Assembly: GCA_951406725.2 (NCBI GenBank)
Contig: OX597826.1
Coordinates: 1,488,001 to 1,552,000, forward strand
Length of the DNA stretch: 64,000 bases
Direction of reading: 5' to 3'
Source of the DNA: Octopus vulgaris
Lineage: Eukaryota
The notes beneath the pieces are model-generated. The model saw nothing but the letters and a program-made list of their open reading frames with translations. It had not been told where the DNA came from and made no database searches. Of this stretch, positions 1 through 12,117 are shown one piece after another (within the stretch, counting starts at the first letter, position 1; each line of letters opens with the position of its first letter). The translations under genes were made by a program, and so were the position numbers.

Positions 1-49
1 AAACTTTTCATCTTGAGTTACATTGTAACTTTTCCCAACTAGTAATATA

Positions 50-376
50 TGTAACTGGCACTCTGTCAGTTATGATGACGAGAGTTCCAGTTGATCCAAT
101 CAACAGAACAGCCTGCCAGCGAAATTAACGTGCTGAGTGCACCACAGACACACGTGGACCCTTAACATAGCTCTGAGGGTGATTCAGCACGATACAAAAC
201 GTGACAAAGCTGGCCCCTTGTGAATTACAGGTACAACTCATTCATGCCAGCTGAGTGGACTGGAGCAACGGGAAGTAAAGTGTCTTGCTCAAGGACACAA
301 TGCCCTGCTGGGAATTGAACTCACAACCTTACAATGGTGAGCCAACTGCCCTAACCACAAAGCCACATGCCTTCAC
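50..376 (-). mobile_element. tRNA-derived SINE (family G)
   Basis: Minus strand has box A tggctttgtgg and box B gagttcaattccc, the shared ccttgagcaagacactt...gctccagtccactcagctgg core, and tail ...actgacagagtgcca. Degenerate 3' parts occur near 1500-1670 and 2000-2200. Confidence 0.75.
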
Positions 377-902
377 CAGTAATATATATGTGTGTGTGTG
401 TGTAATTTTCATGACTTAGTGGTTTACTGGTGTATATTAGTCAATATTGTTGACTGTATTTTAGTTAAAGCCATAGCTTTGATTAGGTTTGTCCAGAGTT
501 GCCTCTCTTTGATATTTCTCATTGATAATGGCTAACGAGTTGGAAGCATTGATGCCTGGGAATTTGACAGGTGGCATCAGTGGACATTTATGTTGTGACA
601 CCTTTTTATCATAAGCGAGATTTTTTTAATCCAAGATAGTTGCAGTGAATTTATCTTTAGCAGTTGAAATATGTCACAAACATTTTAACTAACCTAAAGT
701 TTTCACACACACACACATACATCTTTTACTTGTTTCAGTTATTTGACGGTGGCCATGCTGAAGCACCACCTTAGTCAAACTAAACGACCCTAGGACTTAT
801 TCTTTGTAAGCCTAGTACTTATTCTATTGGTCTCTTTTGCCAAACTGCTAAGTTATGGGGACATAAACACACCAACATCAGTTGTCAAGCAATGGTGGGG
901 TG

Positions 903-1345
903 CATCACTTTATGTCCGTTGTCCATAATGGCATGGGTTGGACGATTTGACTGGGCTGGCATGCTGGAAAGCTGCACTAGGCTCCAGTCCGATTTGCCAT
1001 GGTTTTCTATGGCTGGATGCCCTTCCTAACACCAAACACTCCAAGAGTGTAATAGGTGCATTTACACGCCACCGGCACGGGTGCCATTTGTGTGACAATA
1101 GGGTGCATTTATGTGCCACTGGCATGGGTGCCAATTTGCATGACACTGGTATCTGTCACAACTGCAACTTTGCTCAGCTTGATGGGTTTTCTTCTCAAGC
1201 ATGACATAATGCCAAAGGTCTTGGTCATTGCCTCCATGAGGCCCAACGCTTGAAAGGAACACAACCACCTTGCCTCTGTGAGGCCCAACACTTGAAAAGA
1301 ACGCAGCCACTTTGCTTCCGTAAGGCCCAATGCTTGAAAGAGACT
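903..1345 (-). mobile_element. Family B retroposon with three ~40-bp internal repeats
   Basis: ggatgcccttcctaacaccaa motif; aggcccaa(c/t)(g/a)cttgaaa occurs 3 times at about 1238-1340. Confidence 0.8.
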
Positions 1346-2425
1346 CATATAGTGTATGTGTGTGCAGTGTATAAAATACATCTCTAAATGTGTGTGTGTT
1401 ATATTTATTGCATGGTACTTTGGTTAAATATCTTCTAAAAGTAAATGAAATTCTGTTGAAATGAAACTATGTAGAGGCTTGTTGCTAAATAAACCATTCT
1501 GGTAACTGAATGAGTCAGACTTACTGTACACTATGTTAAAGCTGAACCTACATGAAAATGAATCTTACAGTGACAAAGAAACTATGGAATACACAGCCAC
1601 TGATACTATAAACAATTAGTGAATAGTTTCATTGATTGAATTGGAACATTCATTCACTAAAGCTGGCAAAATCTATTCATTCATTAGCTAATTCGTTTGT
1701 GATTATGTTAGCAAGCTTGCTATCATGATAGCTTAATAAGTGAATGCATTAAATCGTCACAGCATGGCTGAATTGTTAAGACGTTTGCTTTGCAATTACA
1801 AAGTTCAGGGTTCCATCTCACTGCATAAGTTCTCGAGCAAGTGTTTTTTTTTTCCATGATGAATATTTGGAAGGACTTGTGCTATGAATTAACATGGAAA
1901 GTGGTAGAATATTCCATGAACACATGTACCCTTAATGTAGTCCTTGACCCAGAATCTTGGGGTGAGCCAAGCCTTGCAGGTAGTATCAGTAATGAGACAG
2001 AAACTGTGTGGAAGCTTATCATATAGATCACACCTGTTATTCAAATATTCAGCTTTGTCACACACAGTCATGCTGATTCTGCCCTAGGATTACCTTATGG
2101 ATAAATATTTCTGTGAAATACTCAACCACTTTCCATGTTAATTCAAAGAGTAAGCCTTTCCGTCTATCAAACAACTGAATATTCAACATCGAAAATTATG
2201 GAAGTTAGATCACCACCACCACCATCATCATCATCATTTAATGTCCACTTTTCTTTGCTTCCATGGGTTAGATGGAATTTGTTGAGGTAGATCTTTTACA
2301 ATTAGATGCTCTTCCTGTTGCCAACTTTTACCTCATTCCAAATATGGTAATATTTCCCTCATGGCCAGACATGCATTTCTCAGAAGACTTATTTACAACC
2401 ATCACATGATGTCAACACATACACA

Positions 2426-2507
<82 letters not shown>

Positions 2508-2915
2508 CATTTAATGTCCATTGTCCATGCTGGCATGGGTTGGACTAGAGCTGGTAAGCTGCACCAGACTCCAGTCTGATCTGGTATGGATTTTACAGCT
2601 GGATGCCCTTCCTAATGCCAACCACTTTACAGAATGTGCTGGGTGCTATTACGTGGTACTGCACAGGTGCTTTTACATGGTTTCACACAGATCATCTATA
2701 TTATCATCATTTAATGCCCTTCTTCCATGCTGGCATGGGTTAAATGGTTTGACAGAAGCTGGCAAGCCACAGGACTGCACCAAGCCAAACTGTTTTGGGC
2801 AGGGTTTTCATGAATGCCCTTCCTAACACCAACCAATTTACAGAGTAGACTGATTACTTTTTATGTGGCATGGCACCCCCAGTCACAATTAGTGATGATA
2901 ACATTTTACCTTTAT

Positions 2916-2968
<53 letters not shown>

Positions 2969-2974
2969 TTTATT

Positions 2975-3282
2975 ATTTATGAGCCCTTTTCAAGCCTAGC
3001 CAGGCTCATGGGCCCATTTTCCCAGTTTCTGTGGCGTATGTGTTACCCCCAGCTGGACGGGAAGCCAGTGCATCACAGTGTTACTCAAGAAACAGGAAGA
3101 AAGGGTGAGAGAAAGTTGTGGTGAAAGAGTACAACAGGGGTTGCCACCGTCCCCTGCCGGAGCCCCATGGAGCTTTAAGTGTTTTTGCTCAATAAACACA
3201 CACAACACCCGGTCTGGGAATCGAAACTGTGATCCTCCGACTGCGAGTCCGCTGCCCTAACCACTGGGTCATTGCGCCTCCA
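2975..3282 (-). mobile_element. tRNA-derived SINE family D
   Basis: Reverse of ggaggcgcaatg(a/g)cccagtggttagggcagcggactcgcagtcggagg...gagcctggctaggcttgaaaaggg; matches 14698-14980. Confidence 0.88.
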
Positions 3283-3569
3283 CACACATATTATATATAT
3301 ACATGTATGTATATTGTTTATGTGTTTAAAAGCTAGCCTTGAGGCCTTTTCTCCCTCCATTTTGAAGACAGGTTATAAGCCACTGACCATTAGGGTCTGA
3401 TGAGACATTTGTAAATCTAAGCACTTTAAGGACTTAAAATCCTGGGTCACCCCATGAACTGGCCATAACTATCTTTGTCTAAATACTCAACAGCTCTATA
3501 ACTTAGAGGGTTTCTCTTTCAGATTCCTGATTTACTGAAGATATATATATATATATACAATATATATAT

Positions 3570-3936
3570 TCTTTTATCTTTTTATTTGTTTGTCATTTGA
3601 CTGTGGCCATGCTGGAGCTCTGCCTTGAAGGGTTTTAGTCGAACAAATCGAATGCAGGTCTTATTTATTAAAGCCTAGTACTTATTCTATCGGTCTCTTT
3701 TTGCTAAACCACTAAGTTACAGGGATGTAAGCACACCAACACTGGTTGTCAAGCAGTGATAGGAGGACAAACACAGATACACATACACATATATATATAT
3801 ATATATGACAGGCTTCTTTCAGTTTCCATCTACCTAATCCACTCATAAGGCTTTGGTCAGCCTGAGGCTATAGAAGACACTTAAACCTGGAACCTTGTGG
3901 TTGGGAAGCAAGTCTCTTACCCCACAGCCATGTCTG
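3570..3936 (-). mobile_element. SINE family A
   Basis: Collinear with 8041-8440 in reverse. Confidence 0.85.
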
Positions 3937-3948
3937 TATGTATGTATA

Positions 3949-3986
<38 letters not shown>

Positions 3987-6023
3987 GGTAAGAATAAAAC
4001 ACTTGATGATTTCTGTGACCACATATCAAATTACCCATATCAACATATGCACAAACAAAAACACAAACCAAACTTCAGCAAAAAAGAATGGGCTGAGTTG
4101 AACAAATTAAAACTAGATAAAACAATAACAATCAAAGAGGCCGATAAAGGGAGTGCTGTTGTCTTAATGGATACGACATTTTACATAACTTTGGTACTTT
4201 CTATGCTGGAAGACACAACATACTATGAAAAGGCACAAAACTACAGTCAACAAAAAATAATGAGGGAACTAAAATCCATATTAAACCCATACAAAGCAGG
4301 GCTCACCGACAAAGAATATGATTATATGACCAATTTCACAAGTAAAACTAGCCAATTCTACGGTATACCTAAGATCCACAAAAGTGAAAAAATAAGCAAC
4401 GCATGCAAGATAGCTACAGACAAAATAATTAAAGTCCCTAATCCTAATGACCTCAAATTGAGACCCATAATAGCAGGTCCCGCATGCGAAACCCACCGCC
4501 TCAGTAACTTTTTAGACACCCTGTTAAAACCACTCCTCAAACATGTCAAAAGCTATATAAGGGACGACTTAGATATGCTCAATCACCTACCGAATACTAT
4601 AAACAAAAACACCATACTGGTATCCTTCGATGTAGTCAACCTCTACTCCAATATCCCCCACAACCTAGGACTAGAGGCAATCCAATTCTGGCTAGAGAAT
4701 CACGCCAACGAACTACCACACCGCATCAAAAAAGAATTTGTGATAGAAGGGGTTAAATTCATCCTGGAAAATAACTTCTTCGCCTTCAATGACAACTTCT
4801 ACCGACAAAAATCGGGGACTGCGATGGGTACACGAATGGCCCCCTCCTTTGCCAACCTAGTCATAGGATACCTAGAGATCAGTCTGTATCGTAAGGTTCT
4901 AGAAAGATATGGCAGCCCTTTCTCCATCTACATAGAAAACAACTGGAAGAGATATCTAGATGACTGTTTCATCCTTTGGCATAAAAATATAGAAAAACTC
5001 ATAGAATTCCAGAAAATTTTAAACGGACTGGACGTAAACATCCAATTCACGATGGAATATAGCCAACAACAACTCCCCTTCCTCGATATCCTCATTAAGA
5101 AAGCTAATAATATAATAGAAACAGACATATACTATAAGCCTACAGACTCTAAGCAATATCTTCCATTCAATTCATGCCACCCCAGACACACCAGGATGAA
5201 TATCCCCTTCAATCTAGCAAAAAGGATATGCACTATAGTCTCTAACGCAAACACCAGAGACACACGACTACAAGAACTAAAAGATACCCTAATCACCAGG
5301 AACTATCCACCTTCACTTATTGACAAGTGCATTCAACGTGCCCTTCAACTTAACATCAAGGAACTGAGACATCCCAAATCAAAGAAAAACTTACAACCAA
5401 AAGCCTTACCATACATCTCCACACACAACCCTCTCAATAACGAAGCCTTCGACACCATCCTCCACAACATACCCCTCCTAAAAAAAGACCACAGAATGAA
5501 CACAATCCTCCAAACACACACGATCATAAAAAGCAAAAGACAGCCTAGATCCATGAAAAGTCTCCTTACACAAGCCCGAATTCACTCTTCAACACAGAAG
5601 CCGACAGTAAAAAAATGTGGAAGACCCAATTGCGGGATATGCGACTATCTAATCGAGGGTTCGGAGTTCTCCTTCAAACAGGGACAACGGTTTACAGTGA
5701 AAAGCAACTTCACATGTGCTTCGGAGAACCTAATATACTCACTAACCTGCTCCGGGTGTCAAGAGCAGTACATAGGCCAAACAAAAAATGGTTTGCGTAA
5801 ACGAATGGCCCTGCACAGATCCCAGATAAAAATTCCCCAAAACAGAAAAATAGCTTTTAGCCAACACATAGATACTTGCGCCAACAAAAAAACACCAAAC
5901 TTCAGAATTTTCCCCCTCTACCAATTTAGGGACGATACAACCTCGAGACAAAGAATAAGTAAAGAAAATCTCTTTATTACAAAATACAAGCCACTTCTTA
6001 ACGGGTCTACGACAAACAATTAA
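3987..6023 (+). CDS. Penelope-like element polyprotein (5'-truncated): reverse transcriptase + Cys-rich linker + GIY-YIG endonuclease, Neptune-like
   Basis: About 678 uninterrupted codons. PLE motifs: IKEADKGSAVV, FYGIPKIHK, LRPII, VSFDVVNLYSNIP, GTAMGTRMAPSFANL, RYLDDCF (4953-4964), LPFLDI, YYKPT, SCHP. These are followed by CGRPNCGIC and NLIYSLTCSGCQEQYIGQT (GIY-YIG). The ORF-track start at 3897 is read-through from a SINE and (TA)n; homology begins at 3987. Confidence 0.95.
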   Translation, partial: GKNKTLDDFCDHISNYPYQHMHKQKHKPNFSKKEWAELNKLKLDKTITIKEADKGSAVVLMDTTFYITLVLSMLEDTTYYEKAQNYSQQKIMRELKSILNPYKAGLTDKEYDYMTNFTSKTSQFYGIPKIHKSEKISNACKIATDKIIKVPNPNDLKLRPIIAGPACETHRLSNFLDTLLKPLLKHVKSYIRDDLDMLNHLPNTINKNTILVSFDVVNLYSNIPHNLGLEAIQFWLENHANELPHRIKKEFVIEGVKFILENNFFAFNDNFYRQKSGTAMGTRMAPSFANLVIGYLEISLYRKVLERYGSPFSIYIENNWKRYLDDCFILWHKNIEKLIEFQKILNGLDVNIQFTMEYSQQQLPFLDILIKKANNIIETDIYYKPTDSKQYLPFNSCHPRHTRMNIPFNLAKRICTIVSNANTRDTRLQELKDTLITRNYPPSLIDKCIQRALQLNIKELRHPKSKKNLQPKALPYISTHNPLNNEAFDTILHNIPLLKKDHRMNTILQTHTIIKSKRQPRSMKSLLTQARIHSSTQKPTVKKCGRPNCGICDYLIEGSEFSFKQGQRFTVKSNFTCASENLIYSLTCSGCQEQYIGQTKNGLRKRMALHRSQIKIPQNRKIAFSQHIDTCANKKTPNFRIFPLYQFRDDTTSRQRISKENLFITKYKPLLNGSTTNN

Positions 6024-6149
6024 TATACCTCAACTTTAGAATAAAAGAAAAAAATATATATACACACACAAATACTACACTCCATAGAATCCATTACTAA
6101 TCAGCCCCTTCATAGCTATATTTACACCCATTCATATTCTCCCTTCTCT

Positions 6150-6355
6150 GTTTTTTTCTTCTTCTTCTTCTTCATCATCATCGTTATCATCATCATCGGC
6201 GTCATCATCATCACCACCATCTTCTCCTTCTCCTTCTTCTTCTTCTTCTTCTTCTTCTTCTTCTTCATCGTTATCATCATCATCGTCGTCATAATCATCA
6301 CCACCATCACCATCATCTTCTCCTTCTCCTTCTTCTTCTTCTTCTTCTTCTCCAC
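6150..6355 (+). repeat. Duplicated compound (TTC)n/(ATC)n/(ACC)n microsatellite block inside the PLE 3' UTR
   Basis: Two similar blocks of ttc-run / catcgttatcatcatcatcg / atcaccaccatc / ttctccttctccttc. Confidence 0.85.
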
Positions 6356-6682
6356 CCCCTACCCCTTAAGTTTGTCACTAATGTTTTTTAGTATAACACC
6401 TACGCTAATTCTATAAACAATCCTGAATTGAACTGAGACTGCCAGCCGCCACTGACCATTCAAAATACGACCATCAGGGCACTCCCAGATTCTCCCACCC
6501 CCTTTCCTCACCAGCCTTCCCTCTACTACCCTACCAAGAACTCACAACTACCTCGAACACACAAGTGCAAACAAGGGAGTCAGAGAAAGGCAGAATGCCA
6601 CTTAAATCTGAACACTACTATAGAAATATTCTTTTAAAAAACTTTTCTTCTAATTTTTCTAAATTTAATTATTTAATCGTTA

Positions 6683-6720
6683 CAGTTGAAAAGGTCTCAA
6701 AATGACCGAAACCGGTACTG
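6683..6720 (+). ncRNA. Minimal type I hammerhead ribozyme in the PLE 3' end (U3-A8 core variant)
   Basis: CAG-TTGAAAA-GGTC-tcaaaat-GACC-GAAA-CCGG-TA-CTG: stem I CAG/CTG, stem II GGTC/GACC, palindromic minimal helix III (ACCGGT), UA cleavage site. Confidence 0.75.
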
Positions 6721-6797
6721 AAATGTTCACTATAAAATTATTTTAGCATTTTCTATTTTTTACTTGTTTTTTCATATATATATATATATATACATAT

Positions 6798-6928
6798 AAC
6801 TCTTTCTGTTGAAGAGCATAGGATTGAAATGTAAAAGGCTTTTTCTATTCCTGAGCGCTATACTAATACATTTGTTTGTTTGTACTCCTGCCTTCGTCTT
6901 TTGTTTATTTTCGTAAACTTTCCCTTTA
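6798..6928 (+). mobile_element. Short TA-flanked hammerhead-bearing repeat (PLE pLTR-like), copy 1
   Basis: CTTT-CTGTTGA-A-GAGC-atag-GATT-GAAA-TG-TA-AAAG (6802-6837). Homologous to 19578-19755 (-) and 29137-29310 (+). Confidence 0.65.
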
Positions 6929-8040
6929 TATATATATACACATGCACACACATAGATGCAATGATTTTTCAGTTCCCATCTACCAAATTCATCCACAAGA
7001 TTTTAGTTGGCCCAGGGCTAAAGTAAAAGTCACCCCAGTTGCAGCACAAAGGGTCTGAACCAGAGACCCCACAGCTGTGAAGCAAGCTTCTCAACCATAC
7101 AGCCACACCTGTGCCCTATACCCATACCTATGCTAATGATTACATGTTTTTATTTTTAAATGGGTGGATATTCAAATTCTCCAAAAATTTACAAGAGACA
7201 TTCACAAAATTGACATTCTATGGCTTTTGCTTCTCTGCAAAATTCTTTATTTTCATTCAGCTTTTTTTATTATTTATTTTTCCAAAATTCTCTAGATTAC
7301 TTTAATACCATGTTTGTTTATATTTTGTACTAACTTACCAGTCTTTTAGTTCTTTCCTTCTAATTCTAATGAAATACATCAACAACTGATGTCTCCTACC
7401 CTCTACATTCATATGAGTGCTTTCTTTTTGTGTTTTTCTATTTTACAAGGAAAATGGAAGAAAATGCCTGGATCTATGTAAGACAAATGGTTTTGAGCCA
7501 ACAAAAAGAAAAGATACATTAGACGGTGTACTCCTAGATACACAATCACTAAAATGATAGGAATGTCTTTGATAATTGATCTGCTTGATCGGGCAAGTGT
7601 TCTTCATCATCATCGTTTAACGTCCGCTTTCCATGCTAGCATGGGTTGGACGTGTGACTGAGGGCTAGCAAACCAGATGGCTGCACCAGACTCCTATCTG
7701 ATCTGGCAGAGTTTCTACAGCTGGATGCCCTTCCTAATGCCAACCAATCCGAGAGTGTAGTGGGTGCTTTTACGTGCCAGTCAGGCGGCACTGGCAACAA
7801 CCTCGCTCGAATCTTTTACCCCTTGTTAAATAATGAGGTTCAAACATCTTCAGAAGTATAAAACATAGAGCAAGAAGGGTACTTCATCAGGCTGGCTTGT
7901 TGAGAGAAGAGGGTACTCTATCAGGCTGACTTGCTCTAAATTTTTTCCTATTATTACTAATATCACAAAGGTGTTATGCAAACAGAATCATTAGAGAGGC
8001 AGAAACAATGGTATTGCAGTTCTTGTTCTGATTCCCTACT

Positions 8041-8440
8041 GGAAGTGCAGGAGTGGCCATGTGGTAAGTAGCTTGCTTACCAACCACATGGTCCCGGGTT
8101 CAGTCCCACTGTGTGGCACTTTGGGCAAGTGTCTTCTACTATAGTCTCGGGCTGACCAAAGCCTTGTGAGTGGATTTGGTAGATGGAAACTGGAAGAAGT
8201 CCATTGTATATGTATATATATATGTATGTGTGTATATGTTTGTGTGTGTGTCTGTTTGTTCCCCAGCATTGCTTGAGAACCGATGCTGGTGTGTTGACGT
8301 CCCCGTCACTTAGCAGTTCGGCAAAAGACAATAAGTACTTGGCTTACAAAGAATAAGCTCTGGGGTTGATTTACTCGACTATAAAGGCAGTGCTCCAGCA
8401 TGGCTGCAGTCAAATGACTGAAACAAGTAAAAGAGTAAGT
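8041..8440 (+). mobile_element. tRNA-derived SINE (family A, about 400 bp, internal (TA)/(GT)n, AAGTAAAAGAG tail); representative copy
   Basis: Box A tggccatgtgg, box B ggttcagtccc. Other copies or fragments (approximate): 722-900(-), 6955-7112(-), 14162-14478(+), 20858-20990(+), 28915-29460(-), 35250-35470(+), 37045-37610(+), 49652-49805(+), 51720-51882(+), 61300-61440(+), 63793-63995(-). Confidence 0.9.
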
Positions 8441-8827
8441 CAATTTTGCCTTTTTTTCTTTTAGCGCCAGTGAACTAAAGTACCAATCAAATACTGGAGT
8501 CCGTGGGACTGACTAACCTTAAACCCATTAAATTCACTCACTTGCGTCCATTGTTTTGCTAATATATTACAAAGATTAGGGATGGTAATAACGTGAAGTC
8601 ATAGCTGAGTGCTTATTTAATATTAAAAATAATCTATTTGCTAGACTAATTTTGATCAAGATATTGATCAAAAATACAATTCGACTTTCTCTCAAAGAAA
8701 ACGAAAATCAATATGCATTTGTAAATGTTTTTACTTAGCAAATCAGTCATGTTAATGATTTTAAACATATAAACACAACAAATACTTGTCTAACACTTAA
8801 GGTGTATAATATCTAGTAATGTCTGGT

Positions 8828-9062
8828 AAGGCAGCGAGCTGGCAGAAACGTTTGCATGCTATTTAAAATGCTTGGTGGTATTTCGTCTCTCTTTACGTTC
8901 TGAGTTCAAATTCCACCGAGGTCGACTTTGCCTTTCATCCTTTCAGGGTTAATAATTTAAGTACCAGTTATGCACTGGGATTGATGTAATCAACTTAATC
9001 CCTTTGTCTTTCCTTGTTTGTCCCCTCTGTGTTTAGCCCCTTGTGGGCAGTAAAGAAATAAG
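8828..9062 (+). mobile_element. SINE family C (gagctggcagaa...gagttcaaattcc...gcctttcatcctttcggggtcgataaa)
   Basis: Box A/B-like head. Copies also at about 15222-15422, 16897-17123 and 39820-40120. Confidence 0.85.
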
Positions 9063-10106
9063 TAATGTCTATTAATCACAGACGAATGAAAATGGCTCTC
9101 ATCCTGTCTGTCTCCCTCTCTCTTTCTTGCTATCTTTCTATTTAAGAGAGAGAGAGAGAGAGAGTTATAGTGAAATTAATGTAATTATTGTTCTTATATA
9201 ACCCCAGGTCAGTCCTGGTTGAGCAGACCTATCATCAAGGGTATTCCAGCAATGACCATCCCATCTTTCTGTATATAGGCATTCTCTGTATTACAGAAAT
9301 ATTGTGTTCCTGAAAATCCTGCCATAATTTGGAATTTTCTTATGAAAGCCCCATTTTCTCAGAGTTCGATGGGGTAAATAGGGATTCCATGTGCTGGCAA
9401 GATTCTGAGATTTTCAAAACATGCAACAGTTCCATAACATAAAGAATGTCTGTATGATTGGGGGTGGAGAGATTTAGATACTGTGTCTAGCAGATCGAGT
9501 GAGTGTGAATAGGTTCATTATGTATTTACATGAAGGGTCAGGTGGGTGAACAAATAGCCTTGGTCTCTAGTTTGGTGTCTAAAAAGATAAATGGAGGAGA
9601 GAATAGGGTTTTAATGAAGTGGACAAGGCACAAAATGAGTGTCACTTTCATACAAGCTGAATGTATCTCTAATCTTTCATGGAAACAAATATGGCTACGA
9701 GGAAATATTACCTTATGTGGAAAGAGGTGAAGTTTGGAGACAGGAAAAGCATCTGGCTCTAGAAAATTCTCAACAAATTCCACCTGACCCACGAAAACAT
9801 GAAAAAAATGGATGTTATGACGATGATGGTGATGAATTATTTTCAAATTTGATTAAAATGAAGGCAGTGAATTTCAACAGAAATAACCAAACGGAAAGGT
9901 TAAACTGGTTTTTGGAACATGATTTAGCCCCACTCCTACCAGCATGGAAGGTGAATGTTAAACAATGATGACTTCATGAGTGATTCTTACATAAAATTCT
10001 ATTAGTTGTCTTAAATTCATATATTATCAACAATTTTGTATCATAAACCCAGAGGCTGATCTTAGGCAGGTTGGTATCAAAAGTGTTCAGTTTACAATTG
10101 TGAAAT

Positions 10107-10520
10107 CTAATCCTTCCACATTGAACACTCGACCATTCAGATTATTCTGTTAAATGTAATGATCATTGATTCAATGTTTTGAATTAATCATGCATTATCT
10201 CGTAGCTTCAATATTTCAGTGATGTGATTGTATTTTTTGGAATGACATTGTAAGGTAGGTGTGAAAGGCTTGATCTTGCCAATCTGAATATAAAACAGGT
10301 AGAATATTTGGGTTGGGTATGGCCCGTTTAAATGCTGAAGGGTTAAACTGGCTAGATCTGGCCAAAATATTCTCTCACATCTGCCTTTCAGTGTCATTCT
10401 AAAGATAACCAATCTCATAATCAGAATCTTAAAGCTATGAGACAATGCATGATTAATTCAAAACAATATGAATTAATAAGCCTTACATTTGACAGAGTAA
10501 TCTGAATGCTAAAGGGTTAG
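10107..10520. mobile_element. Nested pair of TTAA-type (piggyBac-like) MITEs in opposite orientation
   Basis: Termini aatgctgaagggttaa (10346) and aatgctaaagggttag (10520). Region 10133-10310 is an inverted copy of 10350-10510. Confidence 0.7.
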
Positions 10521-12117
10521 ACCCAAAACTCAGAAAGCTCTTAGAGTCAGGTCCTGGAAAAACATTTTATTCAGTTTGACATTCTGCCATTTCTTCCAAA
10601 TTTTCCACTTTACATTCTTTTCTATCATAAAGAAGTGGGTTATGTTTGTTTAAGTGACAGATAAAGAACTGCATTGAAGTGAATTCGTTCTTGTGCTCTC
10701 ATTCACAACCTCACTATGCATACAATATTGCCTTAGCTGTTTTCTCTGCAGTAACTAGTTCTATTCAATCAAACTGTACAGGTTTTCTTGATTGAGGCTA
10801 GTCCAGGTGAATCAAAATATTTCAATTTTTAGTTTTCTTTTACTCAAGAGGGAAAGAGCAAAGCTCACGACCCTGCATGGGGCCTCAGATTGATAAGAGC
10901 AAGGGAGAGAGAGAGAGAGGGAAGAAATTACCCAAGAATTGTAAAGCTAGCCTGAATGCCTGCAACAGAGTGTAATAAAAAAAGTGCGTAATAGCTTTGC
11001 AAATGGATGAGAGTCAAACAAATCAGATTTTATATATCATCATCTGGCATCCGTTTTCCATGCCAGCATGGGTTAGATGGTTTGACTGGAACTAGTAAGC
11101 CAGAATGCTGTACCAGGTTCCAGTCTGATTTGGTTTCGTTTCTATGGCTGGATCCCCTTCCTAATGTCAAACACTCCAAGAGTGATGTGGATGCCTTTTA
11201 TGTGTCACCAGCACTTGTCCACAATTATGATTTCACTTGGCTGGACAAGTCTTCTCAAGCACAACAGATCACCAAAGATCTCAATCACTTGTCATTGCCC
11301 CTGGCACCCAACATCCAAAGATCATGCTATACCTCCTTGTCCCATGTCTTCCTGGGTTTACATCTTCCACAGGTTCCCTCTACAGTTAGAGATATCTCAT
11401 AGATTTGTGCACAATAGTGTATTTGAATTTATGTGCATTAAAAAGATTTTAATGGGCCAAATCATTGACAGTTTATTACTTAGAACAGAATTGTTATTTG
11501 GCTGGCATTGTGACCCCATTTAGTGTTTGTGACATACACATTGGAATAGCATTTCCCAACCATTTTATCCTTGAAGAAGGAGTGCTTGGAATAAATACAA
11601 TTTCTTAGAGAATTCCTGCTTAAAAGTAACTTCATTTTTTTAATATTAATCTTTGTCTTTCTCTTCCATAAAGTTAAATTTGCTAAGGCAAACAGAATAT
11701 ATTTTTCTCATGCTTGGTTTTAAGCAAAAAATAATTCAAGTTTTTCTTGAATTTTAAACAATACAAAAAATAACAGAAATCAAGAAACCTCGTAAAAGAG
11801 TTTTTGTTTGTGAAACGGAAAAACAAAGAAACGATTGAAGTGAGCTGCCAGTGTTTTGTGGGGGGTGTTCTTTCTGTAAATCTCTAACTGGGCTTTGAGT
11901 TGCTGATGCAACAATAAAGGTGGGGCCATAAATTCTGTTACTGAAGTTGTAGAAAAGGCCACTAGGTGGTTTGCTGCTGCTGAGATGCAAGTTAGGACTT
12001 CATCAACACCAGCTGAGGAGAGACCAGAAATCCCCATGAGAACTCAAAAATATCACTCGTATTCCGGAGCATTTGTGAGATATATCTTGGAACTATGCAG
12101 AAAAAAATATATATGTA

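Larger units (their letters stand above)
3987..6773 (+). mobile_element. Penelope-like retroelement copy (ORF + 3' UTR/pseudo-LTR) flanked on both sides by (TA)n
   Basis: (TA)n ends at 3986 and resumes at 6774. The A-rich coding strand is followed by about 750 bp of 3' region carrying a hammerhead motif near its end. Confidence 0.88.

Noticed and set aside
3897-3986. N-terminal 30 aa of the 708-aa ORF
   Set aside because: Read-through from an antisense SINE head and (GT)/(TA)n; not part of the PLE protein.
6122-6355. Poly-Lys/Met ORF on the minus strand
   Set aside because: Translation of the (TTC)/(ATC) microsatellite.
11780-12100. Unique, moderately GC-rich segment with short ORFs on both strands
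   Set aside because: No recognisable domain and no convincing splice sites.
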